Shown here: positions 1-10,315 of the stretch, one piece after another
Layout: every line of letters starts with the position of its first letter
Numbering within the stretch: the first letter of the stretch is position 1
Assembly (NCBI GenBank): GCA_034530615.2
Contig: JAVRCV020000023.1
Coordinates: 1 to 64,000, forward strand
Direction: 5' to 3'
Origin: Aulosira sp. ZfuVER01
GTDB taxonomy: Bacteria; Cyanobacteriota; Cyanobacteriia; Cyanobacteriales; Nostocaceae
Length of the DNA: 64,000 nt
Program-made: the position numbers and the translations under genes
The notes under the pieces: model-generated
Seen by the model: the letters and a program-made list of their open reading frames with translations, nothing else
What the model was told of the DNA's origin: nothing
Database searches by the model: none

Positions 1-55
1 GGGCATTGGGCATTGGGCATTGGGCATTGGGCATTGGGCATTGGGCATTGGGCAT
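1..55. repeat. STRR heptamer tandem repeat (GGGCATT)n
   Basis: About 8 tandem GGGCATT units at the window start, followed by CCCC(T/C)TGT-type units at 65-110; typical Nostocales STRR. Confidence 0.95.
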
Positions 56-119
56 CACTCAATTCCCCCTTGTCCCCTTGTCCCCCTGTCCCCCTGTCCC
101 CCTGTCCCCCTTTTCTCCC

Positions 120-3100
120 TCATCCCCCTGCTTTCTTGCTTTCAACCAATGGCAGAGTGAAGAAAAAGGTACTACCTGCACCGAGAGTACTCTCAGCCCA
201 GATTTGCCCACCGTGCTGATCAATAATACTACGGCAAATTGCCAATCCTAAGCCTGTGCCGCCTTTATCACGAGAGTCAGAAGCATCTACTTGCTGAAAT
301 CTACCAAAGATCAGTTCTAATTTATCGGCGGGGATACCTCGCCCGCGATCGCTAATCTGGAATAGTACACTATCTGTTTGCTGTTGGACGCTTAAGGTAA
401 TAGTGGAATCAGCAGGTGAGAATTTTAGGGCATTACTTAATAGATTGGTGAGTGTTTGAATAATTGCATCAGCAGATGCCCAAACTTGAGCATCAGTAGT
501 ATGAATATTAAAGGTAATATTTTGCTGCTTGGCGATCGCTTTTACTCCTTCTACGGCTCGTTGAATTAAGTTAGCAGCTTCACAGGTGGTTTTTTCTAAG
601 ACAGCACGACTCGATTCTAAGCGTTCCAAATCGAGAATATCGTTAACTAAGCGTACTAAGCGCTCGCTTTCACCTGCGGCAATCTCAATCATCCGCTTGG
701 ATTTGTCTGGTTTTTGATCGTAGATACCACTATTTAATAAGCCCATCGCTGCACGAATCGAAGTTAAAGGAGTGCGGAGTTCGTGACTGACAATACTAAT
801 AAACTCACTCTTGATTTGCTCAACTTTTTGCAGTTCCGTAATATCTTCAGCAATCCCCGCAATGCGAACTATTTCCCCTAGTTCATTTTTGATGGGGAAT
901 GCGCGATCGCGAATCCAACGGATGCAACCATCGGGGCGGATGATGCGATATCTTTTATCGTGTTGCCCTGTTTTTGCTTGTTCAAAGAGTTCCAGTTCGA
1001 CGCGAGAGCGATCGTCAGGGTGAACTGTATTTAACCAAGCCGAAACGTTCTGATAAACATCCTCACAACTTCTTTGCCAAATAGTTTCATAAGCCTTACT
1101 GACGTAGAGAACTTGCTGATTGTGAATATCTGTCATCCAAAATACTGCTTGGATGTTTTCTGCAAGTTGACGAAACTTTTCTTCACTCTCGCGTAAAGCA
1201 TCTTCTATCCGTTTGCGCTCGGTGATATCTTGGTGAACTGCAACTAGAACGTCGCCATAGTCGGGATGGCTGAATACAGAGCAAGTTGCACGACACCAAA
1301 ATGGAGTACCATCTTTTTTGACATTATGGACTTCATAAGTAGCTTCACCCTGTTGTAAGACAGCAGAACGAATGGCTTGATTGACATCTTCAGGATTTAC
1401 CGATTCACTGGCATAGTTGACAATCGAAACGTGCTGACCGTTGAGTTCATCACAGTCATAGCCAAACATCTGCTCAAATTTGGGATTGGTATAGACAATG
1501 ACTCCATTATCTGCCCTCACTAAGCCAATGCCTTCTGCCATGTTACGAGTGATGACAGCTTGCAGTTCCAGCATTTGTTCTGCTTGTTTGAGTTGAGTCA
1601 AATCGCGCAGGCTAACAATAACGCCGGAAATGCTTCCGTCTGGTTCGCGGTAAGGTGTATAAGTAACGCTCATAAATTGCGGTACTGCATTAGGGCTGTC
1701 AAACCACTGCTCGTATTGAACGATCTCTCCAGCTAAACATCTATCTAGCCGAGACTGGACGACACTATCAAATAAGTTTTTACCTAAAACATCTCGCTTG
1801 GAATGTCCTACAACTTCGATACTTGGTTTGTTGCACCAGTCCAAGTAAGCTTGATTAACGATTTGATAAATGTAATTACGGTTTACTAAGGCAATACCAT
1901 CTTTGGTACAGGAGACAATGCCTTCATATTGGCGCAGAACTGCTTCGGCACGTTTGCGATCGCTAATATCAAACAGCGTTGAACGGCTCATCACAAAGTT
2001 GCCTGCTTCATCTTTGAGAGCTGTAGCATTCAAGCTGATCCATCGGGTTGTACCATCTTTATTAACAACCTCAAACTCCAGATTAGTAATCCAACCCTGC
2101 TGCTTAAACTTAGGAAAGTTCTCCTGAAAAATCCGTTTACTTTCAGAGGTGACAAGATCTGCAAAATTCTTGTGCAACATTTCATCGCGTGTATACCCTA
2201 GCCACTTGAGTTCTGTGTCGTTAATGCGAATGCAATTACCCTCTGCATCTAGGGAGTGATAACCACAGGGTGCATTATTGTAGAGATCCTCAACTTCATG
2301 TAAATATTCCTGTAAAGCTGTTTCTACTTGTTTACGCCGGGTAATGTCATTATTAATTTCCAGGATCTTAATTGGTTTACCAGTGTTGTCTGTTTGTAAA
2401 ACCCAACGGCTAGCTACAGTGACGGGTTGAGCATTTCGGCAGAATTGAATCAGTTCTCCTTCCCAGTAACCCTTTGCTAAAAGTTCCGCTTCAATTTTTG
2501 CCAACGGCTGAGGAAATTGCGTTTTTAGAAGAGTATGCGAAATTTCCCCTAGTACCTCGCCTTTCTTCCAGCCGTACATATACTCGGCTCCCTTGTTCCA
2601 GAAAGATATCGCCCCGTTTAAGTCGCGGGTAAGGATAGTGTCATGCGCCAAATCCAGTAGTTGCGCCTGTTCCTCGAGCATTTGACGAGCCTGGTGTTGT
2701 TGCATGAGTATTGCTAGCAGGCGATCGTTCACTTGTGTCAGTTCTACTGTGCGTTCTGCTACCCGTTGCTCAAGTTCGGTATTTATTTGCTTTAAAGCAA
2801 TTTCAGCTTGTTTGCGTTCGGTGATTTCTTGACAAACGGTACTAATGCCAATAATCCGTTCGCCATCTTTTAAGGGCAAAAAGCTTTCTAACCAAGTTCG
2901 TTGTACGCCAGGTTGAGCCGGAGTTTCTCCAATGATTTCTATATTAAGAATCGGTTCGCCTGTTTTCAGGATCGAGCGAAACATTGGTTCGGCTACATCA
3001 GCGATATCGGGTAATAACTCACGCACTGTGCGGCCAATATGTGCTTCCACTGAAAATCCATTCATTTCCGCTAGGCGCTGGTTAATGCGGACAAAGCGGA

Positions 3101-5072
3101 GATCTGTGTCCAAGACGTTCAACCCTATCGGTGCTGAATGGTAGATGGTTTCGATTTCAGCCAGTTGGCGCTGAAGCTGGATTTGACTTTCCTTTAGGGC
3201 TGCTTCTGCTTGTTTGCGTTCTGTAATATCTGTGCAGGTGCCAATCCACTCCCTAACTTTGCCATTATCATCTAAAATCGGCACACCCCGAACCGCAAAA
3301 TCGCGGTAACTGCCATCTTTCCTCCGCAGGCGACATTCCGTTTCGTAGAAGGTGCGATTTGTAAAAGATTCTTGCCAGCATTGGGCAGTGCGATCGCGAT
3401 CGTCTGGATGAACAGTATCAAGCCAACCCCATCCCTGTTGTTCGGCTGCGGCTTGTCCGGTGAATTCTTCCCAACCTTCAGGGGTGACTGTTGCCATACC
3501 ATTGGCATCAGTGCGCCAGACAATCTGCGCCGAAGTATGAACTAATGAACGGTATCGCTTTTCGCTCTGCTGCAAAGCGGCTTCAATTTGCTTTTGCGGT
3601 GTAATATCCTCAGCAAAAATGATAATGCCACCAATTTCATCTGTAGCAGTATGCCAGGGGTGAATCTCCCAGCGTACCCATTGCTGCGTCCCATCTGAGC
3701 GCACAAACAAATCTTCATCACATTTCTCACTTGCTCCAGCTAAACACTGTTGATGAATCTGTCGCCATCGTTCTGGCACTTCCGGAAAGATTTCATAGTG
3801 CGATCGCCCTATTAACGATGCAATTGAATCGGCATGATAGTCGTCTACCCATCTTTGACTGGCTATCACATAGCGCATTTCCCGATCAAACATAGCAATA
3901 CCAGCAGGTGCATACTGGGCAAATAAGCGTAAGGTTGCTTCCCTTTCCTGCAACGTTATTTCAGCTTGTTTGCGCTCGGTAATATCTGTGCAAGTGCCGA
4001 TCCACTCGCTAATTTCGCCATCAGCATCTAAGATCGGCACACCTCGCACAGCAAAATCGCGGTAATTGCCATGTTTCATCCGCAGACGATACTCTGTTTC
4101 ATATATGCTGCGATTTGTGTAAGATTCTTCCCAGCTTTGGATAGCGCGATCGCGATCGTCAGGGTGAACAAAATTCAGCCAACCCAATCCCAAGGTTTCC
4201 GTCACGGATTGTCCAGACATTTCTTCCCAAATTTCTGGGGCGACTATTGTCATCCCATCGGTATCGGTGCGCCAAACAATCTGAGCCGAAGCATGAACTA
4301 ATGAACGGTATCGCCTTTCGCTTTGTTGTAAAGCTGCTTGTACTTGCTTATGCTGGTCAATTGCCATGACAGTTCCCGTCATGCGGATAGCCTGACCCGC
4401 TGCGTTATAAAATGCCTGTCCCCTAGCCTCAAGCCAGTGAATGCTACCATCTGCCCAAATAATGCGATACTCATGCTGGTAGATGCTGTGAGTTTGCAGT
4501 GCTTGTTGTACTGCTTGGTTGAGTGCAGCGCGATCGTCAGGATGTATGTGAGCTGCAAATGTTTCGTATTTCCCATCAAAAGTACCAACAGCCATGCCAA
4601 ATAACTCTTCGTGTTCTGGCGACCATTTGATTTCTCCGGTAACAATATCCCAGTCCCACATACCCATGTGCGCCGCAGTCAGAGCCATCCGCAGTTGTTC
4701 GGCATTTTCTTGAGCTAATTTTTGGCTCAGTTGTTGAATCTTCTGTTTGCTGTTGAGAAAGTTGCTAGTGAGTCGGTTAATTATTAAGGCAATCAGTAGA
4801 AAAATGCTTAACTGCAATAGGTTTTGTGGTTGAAGTATCCAAAATTGATATCGCGGGTAAAGAAAGAAATATTTGATTGCCAGCGCCGAAAGAACAACTG
4901 TAACGATTCCGGGACGAGAGCCACCATACCAAGTACTGATCAGGATTGCTATATAAAAAAAACCACCAATAGTTTCGGATAGTAGCGATTCTAGCGACAG
5001 TCTCAGCAACAGAGCGATCGCAGTTGAGCCAATTGCAACGACGTAGGACAATAATCGCGGATAACTTCTCAT
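120..5072 (-). CDS. Membrane-anchored multi-PAS sensor histidine kinase (N-terminal DUF4118-like TM domain, many PAS/PAC, HisKA, HATPase)
   Basis: 1650 aa ORF; N-terminal TM helices; repeated PAS-PAC ends (DITERKQAE); H-box SHELRTPL, N-box NLLSNALKF, G2 GGTGLGL. Confidence 0.95.
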   Translation of the reverse strand: MRSYPRLLSYVVAIGSTAIALLLRLSLESLLSETIGGFFYIAILISTWYGGSRPGIVTVVLSALAIKYFFLYPRYQFWILQPQNLLQLSIFLLIALIINRLTSNFLNSKQKIQQLSQKLAQENAEQLRMALTAAHMGMWDWDIVTGEIKWSPEHEELFGMAVGTFDGKYETFAAHIHPDDRAALNQAVQQALQTHSIYQHEYRIIWADGSIHWLEARGQAFYNAAGQAIRMTGTVMAIDQHKQVQAALQQSERRYRSLVHASAQIVWRTDTDGMTIVAPEIWEEMSGQSVTETLGLGWLNFVHPDDRDRAIQSWEESYTNRSIYETEYRLRMKHGNYRDFAVRGVPILDADGEISEWIGTCTDITERKQAEITLQEREATLRLFAQYAPAGIAMFDREMRYVIASQRWVDDYHADSIASLIGRSHYEIFPEVPERWRQIHQQCLAGASEKCDEDLFVRSDGTQQWVRWEIHPWHTATDEIGGIIIFAEDITPQKQIEAALQQSEKRYRSLVHTSAQIVWRTDANGMATVTPEGWEEFTGQAAAEQQGWGWLDTVHPDDRDRTAQCWQESFTNRTFYETECRLRRKDGSYRDFAVRGVPILDDNGKVREWIGTCTDITERKQAEAALKESQIQLQRQLAEIETIYHSAPIGLNVLDTDLRFVRINQRLAEMNGFSVEAHIGRTVRELLPDIADVAEPMFRSILKTGEPILNIEIIGETPAQPGVQRTWLESFLPLKDGERIIGISTVCQEITERKQAEIALKQINTELEQRVAERTVELTQVNDRLLAILMQQHQARQMLEEQAQLLDLAHDTILTRDLNGAISFWNKGAEYMYGWKKGEVLGEISHTLLKTQFPQPLAKIEAELLAKGYWEGELIQFCRNAQPVTVASRWVLQTDNTGKPIKILEINNDITRRKQVETALQEYLHEVEDLYNNAPCGYHSLDAEGNCIRINDTELKWLGYTRDEMLHKNFADLVTSESKRIFQENFPKFKQQGWITNLEFEVVNKDGTTRWISLNATALKDEAGNFVMSRSTLFDISDRKRAEAVLRQYEGIVSCTKDGIALVNRNYIYQIVNQAYLDWCNKPSIEVVGHSKRDVLGKNLFDSVVQSRLDRCLAGEIVQYEQWFDSPNAVPQFMSVTYTPYREPDGSISGVIVSLRDLTQLKQAEQMLELQAVITRNMAEGIGLVRADNGVIVYTNPKFEQMFGYDCDELNGQHVSIVNYASESVNPEDVNQAIRSAVLQQGEATYEVHNVKKDGTPFWCRATCSVFSHPDYGDVLVAVHQDITERKRIEDALRESEEKFRQLAENIQAVFWMTDIHNQQVLYVSKAYETIWQRSCEDVYQNVSAWLNTVHPDDRSRVELELFEQAKTGQHDKRYRIIRPDGCIRWIRDRAFPIKNELGEIVRIAGIAEDITELQKVEQIKSEFISIVSHELRTPLTSIRAAMGLLNSGIYDQKPDKSKRMIEIAAGESERLVRLVNDILDLERLESSRAVLEKTTCEAANLIQRAVEGVKAIAKQQNITFNIHTTDAQVWASADAIIQTLTNLLSNALKFSPADSTITLSVQQQTDSVLFQISDRGRGIPADKLELIFGRFQQVDASDSRDKGGTGLGLAICRSIIDQHGGQIWAESTLGAGSTFFFTLPLVESKKAGG

Positions 5073-5110
5073 GATTCTTTACCTCTGGCTTGCTCTACCT
5101 GTCTGCAAAC

Positions 5111-5145
5111 GCGATGTCTAACGACAAGCTGCTGCGCGGCTACGC
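5111..5145. mobile_element. 27-nt small dispersed repeat inserted into a HIP1 site
   Basis: GCGAT-[GTCTAACGACAAGCTGCTGCGCGGCTA]-CGC; related copy at 31441-31475. Confidence 0.75.
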
Positions 5146-6935
5146 ACTCGTTCAATCCTGCTGAGTACCCGCGTCACTAGTTCTGGCCCTAGCACTGGCT
5201 TGGTGATGAAATCATCGGCTCCAGCGGCAAAGGCTTGCTGAAGAGATTCTGCATCAGTATGTGCTGTGACTACTAAAATAGGTAAATCTCCCCACTGGGC
5301 ATCCTGCCGGACTACTTGACACAACTCTAAACCATTGACTATTGGCATTTCTAAATCTAGTACCACTAAATCTGGCGATGTCGCAATCAGTACTTTCCAA
5401 AATTGCTGTGGTTCGCTCAAAGTTGTCACCTCCAGCCCCCAAGGAGTTAGCAACGCTGATAATCCAGCTAGTATTATCGGGTCATCATCTACAATTAATA
5501 CCTTGGCTTCTGAGATTTTGTGTTGCGGTAAGACACGGGCGATCGCCCCAAAAATCTGCTTGGTTGTGGCAGGTTTGTGGAGAAATTGCCGTGCGCCTAA
5601 GCGTGACACCGCCAAGCGATCTGCCAAACTATCACGCCCAGTAAACACGATAATTGGCAAATCGGGCGATCGCTCTACCAATTCCCGCAGCAGCATTAAT
5701 CCATCTTCTTCTGTACTTGGAAAGCTTAAATCTAGTAGAACTGCATCAAAAATTCCCAAGCCCAGAAGTGAGCGAGCAGTTGTTAAATCTGGAGCGATTT
5801 TCATCTGCATTCCCCAAGCATCTGCTTCTATTAGCAACTGCTCAGTCAGTGTAGTATCGTCATCAATTACCAACACACAATGAGTTTGCTCTAAGGTAGC
5901 AGGTTGGGCAGTGACAGTTACGGGTGGCTTGGTTAACTCCTGTTGCAATGCCGTCACTAACTGAGAAAACTGAGTAATCTCATCATCTTTGAGAGTGCGA
6001 TCGTGTATCAATAAATGCTCTACTGCCCTTGCCAGCTTTGAACCTTCTGGATAGCCAAACGATCCCATTGAGCCTGCTAACTTGTGAGCTTCTTGCAATG
6101 CTTGCTGTTGTAAATCTTGGTGTAAATTCCCTGCCAAGAATGCAGTTTTTGCTTGTTCCAGCACAGCAACCTGTCGATCAAAAGAATGCCGAAATCGTTC
6201 TAATACTCGATTAACTGAGGCTAAATCTGGACTTTGGGATGATTTGTGTTCTTGTTCTGGAGCAGGCTTTAAGCGATAGCCAATACCATAGACTGTTTCA
6301 AGAATATCTTCCCTCATTCCTCCGGCTTTGAGTTTCTTGCGTACATCTTTGATATGAGTTGTGATTGCATTTTCAATTGGTGCATCATCAAATCCCCAAA
6401 GCCGATCTAAAATTGCCCTCCGGCTAAAGATGCGATTGGGGTTTTGTAAGAACAATTCCAGTAAATTGTATTCTGTGGCGGTGAGTGAAATTACTTGCTC
6501 TGCATAAGTTACTTTACCGGATATTTGGTCTAAACAGAGATTTTCCCAGGTTAACACAGATGATGAAAACACCGTCCTACTTCGTCGTAACAAAGACCGA
6601 ATTCTTGCCAGCAATGCTTCCGGTTCATAGGGCTTAATGACATAATCATCTGCGCCAGCATCTAAGCCTGCGACAATATCTGCATTGCAACTCTTCGCAC
6701 TGAGCAACAGAATTGGTTTGGAGTAACCTTGCGATCGCAGTTCTTTACATAAGCTAATGCCATCCATTTGCGGAATTAGCCAATCTAGTAAAATTAAGTC
6801 ATATTCAGCCGACATCACAAGGTCTAACCCAGTTTTGCCATTGTTGGCTAAGTCAATAGTGTAATGATTTGCTGTCAGCAATTCTGCCAAGGCTGTACTC
6901 AGTAAGGTATCATCTTCTATCAACAAGATTTTCAT
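5118..6935 (-). CDS. Multidomain response regulator (REC-wHTH-HPt-REC-REC, RcaC-like architecture)
   Basis: ATG at 6935 (MKILLIEDD); OmpR-type wHTH (ETVYGIGYRL); HPt AHKLAGSMGSFG; two further REC domains; upstream of the kinase on the same strand. Confidence 0.92.
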   Translation of the reverse strand: MKILLIEDDTLLSTALAELLTANHYTIDLANNGKTGLDLVMSAEYDLILLDWLIPQMDGISLCKELRSQGYSKPILLLSAKSCNADIVAGLDAGADDYVIKPYEPEALLARIRSLLRRSRTVFSSSVLTWENLCLDQISGKVTYAEQVISLTATEYNLLELFLQNPNRIFSRRAILDRLWGFDDAPIENAITTHIKDVRKKLKAGGMREDILETVYGIGYRLKPAPEQEHKSSQSPDLASVNRVLERFRHSFDRQVAVLEQAKTAFLAGNLHQDLQQQALQEAHKLAGSMGSFGYPEGSKLARAVEHLLIHDRTLKDDEITQFSQLVTALQQELTKPPVTVTAQPATLEQTHCVLVIDDDTTLTEQLLIEADAWGMQMKIAPDLTTARSLLGLGIFDAVLLDLSFPSTEEDGLMLLRELVERSPDLPIIVFTGRDSLADRLAVSRLGARQFLHKPATTKQIFGAIARVLPQHKISEAKVLIVDDDPIILAGLSALLTPWGLEVTTLSEPQQFWKVLIATSPDLVVLDLEMPIVNGLELCQVVRQDAQWGDLPILVVTAHTDAESLQQAFAAGADDFITKPVLGPELVTRVLSRIERVRSRAAACR

Positions 6936-7037
6936 GTATCGGCATCCTTGGTTGACTGACAAAACCACCAAGAGTATTGAAATACTTTATATAGCAGTAA
7001 AAGCCGGGAACAGGGAATAGGAGCGCAGATTGTTTTT

Positions 7038-7691
7038 ATGTCCTCAAGCAAAACACTGACGAATATATTGTTGTGTCGATGGCAAGATACACTCCAACCT
7101 TTTGGCATTGACCAAGTAGTTCTCGATCAAGCTTTTAGGCAGGTGATTGAGGCTTACTCTACTTCCAACCGCCACTACCACACACTAAAACATATCGCTC
7201 ATATCCTCAGTACCATTGATACTTTACAACCCTACGCCCAAAACTTAATTTCTGTGCAACTTGCTGCTTGGTTTCACGATGTAGTTTATGACACTCAGGC
7301 TCAAGATAATGAAGAAAGAAGTGCAGAATATGCTGATGAATTATTGCGTAATTTAGGGCTGCCACCTAATAATATTGCTACTGTTAAACGTCTAATTTTA
7401 AATACAAAACAGCATCAATCTACTGCGGATGATTTTGATAGCCAAGTTTTACTTGATGCAGATTTAGCAATTTTAGCTGTTCACCCAATTCAGTATCAGG
7501 AATATGCTAAAGCGATTCGCCAAGAGTATGCATGGGTTCCAGAAGCCGATTATATTGCAGGTCGTAGGCAAATTTTAGAGCGATTTTTGCAGCGTCAGCG
7601 TATTTACTTTACACCTTTAATGTTGGAGATTGCAGAAGAATCTGCGAGAGCTAATCTCAAAGCAGAAATTCAACTTTTGACAAAAATATGA
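7038..7691 (+). CDS. Predicted metal-dependent HD-superfamily phosphohydrolase (COG4339-like)
   Basis: Motifs RHYHTLKHI, WFHDVVYD, DNEERSA, LLDADLAIL. Confidence 0.85.
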   Translation: MSSSKTLTNILLCRWQDTLQPFGIDQVVLDQAFRQVIEAYSTSNRHYHTLKHIAHILSTIDTLQPYAQNLISVQLAAWFHDVVYDTQAQDNEERSAEYADELLRNLGLPPNNIATVKRLILNTKQHQSTADDFDSQVLLDADLAILAVHPIQYQEYAKAIRQEYAWVPEADYIAGRRQILERFLQRQRIYFTPLMLEIAEESARANLKAEIQLLTKI

Positions 7692-7706
7692 GAATTGGAT
7701 ATATCA

Positions 7707-8681
7707 ATGCTAGAAAATAACTCTGTCACCCTAACTGACGTAAAAGCAGCCCAAAAACGTCTTTTGGGTATTGCTCACCATACACCTGTGCTAACTTCGA
7801 GAACAGTTAATGAACTAACTCATAGCCAGGTGTTTTTTAAGTGCGAAAATTTTCAACGCACTGGTTCGTTTAAATTTAGAGGCGCGTACAATGCATTAGC
7901 ACAGCTACCTGAAGCACAAAAACAAAAAGGCGTTCTCACCTATTCATCTGGGAATCATGCCCAAGCGATCGCCTTAGCAGGAAAATTACTAGATATCCCG
8001 ACAACTATTATTATGCCTGATGATGCGCCCGCAGTTAAGCAAACTGCTACTCGCGGTTATGGCGCTGAGGTAATTCTCTACAATCGACACAAAACAAACC
8101 GGGAAGAACTAGCTCAAACTTTAGCAGGCGATCGCGGCTTGACACTGATTCCTCCTTACGATCATCCCCATGTAATAGCCGGACAAGGTACAACCGCTTT
8201 AGAACTTATAGAAGAAGTTGGCGAACTGGACTTGTTGTTAGTTCCTTGTGGTGGTGGGGGATTACTTTCTGGTTGCGCGATCGCCACTAAAGCACTTTTA
8301 CCAAACTGTCAGGCGATCGGTGTGGAACCAGAACTAGCCGACGATGCGACTCGTTCTTTTCATAGCAAAACTCTACAAACTGTTAATAATCCTAATACTA
8401 TTGCTGATGGTGCTCGTACTCCCAACTTGGGTAAGATTACCTTCCCTTTAGTACTAGATTACGTCAATGATATGGTGACAATATCAGAGTCAGCAATTAT
8501 ACGTACTATGTTTTTCTTATGGGAACGCCTAAAAATTGTTGTTGAACCAACAGGATCTTTAGCCGCAGCTGCTTTATTAGAAGGTGTAGTGACAGCACCA
8601 GAAGCGAGGATTGGTGTAATTATTAGCGGTGGAAATGTAGATTTGTCGCAAATTGATAAATTATCCCAATTAAACTATTAG
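7707..8681 (+). CDS. PLP-dependent serine/threonine dehydratase family (threo-3-hydroxyaspartate ammonia-lyase-like)
   Basis: KCENFQRTGSFKFRGA (PLP lysine), SSGNHAQA, PCGGGGL, SGGNVD; no regulatory C-terminal domain. Confidence 0.9.
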   Translation: MLENNSVTLTDVKAAQKRLLGIAHHTPVLTSRTVNELTHSQVFFKCENFQRTGSFKFRGAYNALAQLPEAQKQKGVLTYSSGNHAQAIALAGKLLDIPTTIIMPDDAPAVKQTATRGYGAEVILYNRHKTNREELAQTLAGDRGLTLIPPYDHPHVIAGQGTTALELIEEVGELDLLLVPCGGGGLLSGCAIATKALLPNCQAIGVEPELADDATRSFHSKTLQTVNNPNTIADGARTPNLGKITFPLVLDYVNDMVTISESAIIRTMFFLWERLKIVVEPTGSLAAAALLEGVVTAPEARIGVIISGGNVDLSQIDKLSQLNY

Positions 8682-8841
8682 AGATTTTGCAGCAGGGATT
8701 ATTTATACTAGAACATCAAAAGTTTGTGCATAAGCTAACTTATCTTCCAAGAGTAACTAAATTTCTAATTTTGTTATCCTACTATAACTAGCTCAATAAC
8801 TTCATCTTCTAAAAGTTGATGTCATACCCAATATAATCTCT

Positions 8842-9447
8842 ATGACAGCTATCACCATCAACTTAAACCCCATCATTCAACTCACAGACAATCAATTTTA
8901 TCAACTTTGTCGAGAAAACCCAGAGGTTAAATTTGAACGCAATGCAGACGGAGAACTGTTGATAATGTCACCCACAGGTGGAGAAACTGGAAATTATAAC
9001 TCCGAAATTAATGCTGATTTTGTGATTTGGAATCGCCAAACTCAACTTGGAATTTGTTTTGATTCTTCCACCTGTTTTAAACTTCCTAATGGTGCAAATC
9101 GTTCTCCTGATGTAGCTTGGATTGTAAAAGATAGATGGAATGCACTCACCCCCGAAGAGAAAGAAAAGTTCCCACCGATTGCTCCAGATTTTGTTTTAGA
9201 GTTAATGTCACCAAGTGATAGTTTGCAGGAAACGCAAACAAAAATGCAGGAATATATAAGTAATGGAGTTAAATTAGGTTGGTTAATTAATATAAAAATG
9301 CGTCAAGTAGAAATCTATCGTCTCGGTCAACCGATAGAAGTATTAGAATCTCCAAAAGAATTATCAGGAGAAAATGTCTTATCTGGATTTATTTTAAATT
9401 TGCAACTATCTGGAAGTAAATATATGTTTGTTAGGATAGGCTTGTGA
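8842..9447 (+). CDS. Uma2 (DUF820) family endonuclease-fold protein; possible C-terminal frameshift
   Basis: RSPDVAW, APDFVLELMSPSD, KMQEY..NGVKLGWLI. Confidence 0.9.
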   Translation: MTAITINLNPIIQLTDNQFYQLCRENPEVKFERNADGELLIMSPTGGETGNYNSEINADFVIWNRQTQLGICFDSSTCFKLPNGANRSPDVAWIVKDRWNALTPEEKEKFPPIAPDFVLELMSPSDSLQETQTKMQEYISNGVKLGWLINIKMRQVEIYRLGQPIEVLESPKELSGENVLSGFILNLQLSGSKYMFVRIGL

Positions 9448-9457
9448 ATAAATACAA

Positions 9458-9486
9458 GCGATGCCTGCCGCGGGCTACACCTACGC
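9458..9486. mobile_element. 21-nt small dispersed repeat inserted into a HIP1 site (SDR5-like)
   Basis: GCGAT-[GCCTGCCGCGGGCTACACCTA]-CGC. Confidence 0.75.
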
Positions 9487-9532
9487 TTAACATCAACTGT
9501 CACAGTAATTCCTAGTTATATAAAGCACAATA

Positions 9533-10129
9533 TCATGTTCGTTGATTGCGGATAGCCTGCCCAAATTCAACCACCGCGTCATACTGATCAGGCATAGTAA
9601 TATAATTCAGCAGCGATGCAGGGTCTAAATCAGGAAAAAACCCACTTCTGTTTACTTCTTGATATTCATCACTCTCAGAAAGCCAAAAGATTTTGATTTC
9701 GTTAGATTTCCAAAACCAAACTTCAGGTACTTTTTTTAGTTTATACAACTCCTTCCTATTAATCGTGGCACTAGTGACAATAACTTCAATCACAATATCA
9801 GGAACTTCTTTGTCTGTGCCAATACAGTAAGACTCATCCGGTGTGCCAGACGCATACCCCAGTTCTTCTAGGGTGAAACCACCACGTCTGTAAAACCGGA
9901 TACCCAACTGTTTCATGTAAGCTTCTAACAACAAGCCAAGAGTACTTTTTACTTTCTCATGTTTCTCACCAATAGGGGCCATAATTTCTAATATTCCTGA
10001 CAAATAAGATAATCGGACATTGCTATTATCCTTTAGCTGTGCCTCAATACCTTTGAATTGCTCCCAAGAAACATCCTTGAGAGTTACCAGTTTTTCTTCT
10101 GTGGGCTGGTCTACAACTGGGATGCTCAT
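9533..10129 (-). CDS. Uma2 (DUF820) family protein
   Basis: VSWEQF, RLSYLSGILEIM, PDESYC, PDIVIEV, VPEVWFW. Confidence 0.9.
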   Translation of the reverse strand: MSIPVVDQPTEEKLVTLKDVSWEQFKGIEAQLKDNSNVRLSYLSGILEIMAPIGEKHEKVKSTLGLLLEAYMKQLGIRFYRRGGFTLEELGYASGTPDESYCIGTDKEVPDIVIEVIVTSATINRKELYKLKKVPEVWFWKSNEIKIFWLSESDEYQEVNRSGFFPDLDPASLLNYITMPDQYDAVVEFGQAIRNQRT

Positions 10130-10255
10130 AACAACAATGCCTTAACAGGAATAATCTTCTGCTAGTAATTTTACTATAGGATTCTTATTTGTAAGACTGA
10201 TACATTGACATGAAATACTAAATACAGATGGTTAAAACAATCATATATTTTCTAT

Positions 10256-10278
10256 GGGGTTTAGCATTGCTAAACCCC
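10256..10278. repeat. REP-like palindrome, possibly acting as terminator of the hlyD operon
   Basis: GGGGTTTAGCA-T-TGCTAAACCCC perfect 11-bp arms, 38 bp downstream of the hlyD stop. Confidence 0.7.
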
Positions 10279-10315
10279 TAATTACACACTGAAGGCTATT
10301 TCCAATTAACAACTG

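Noticed and set aside
6..251. ORFs MGIGHWALGIGHW... (also 22306-22882 and 45682-45912)
   Set aside because: Translations of STRR tandem repeats, not credible genes.
8842..10129. Convergent Uma2 pair as a defence or restriction system
   Set aside because: Uma2 genes are highly multicopy in cyanobacteria; no methyltransferase or other partner is adjacent.
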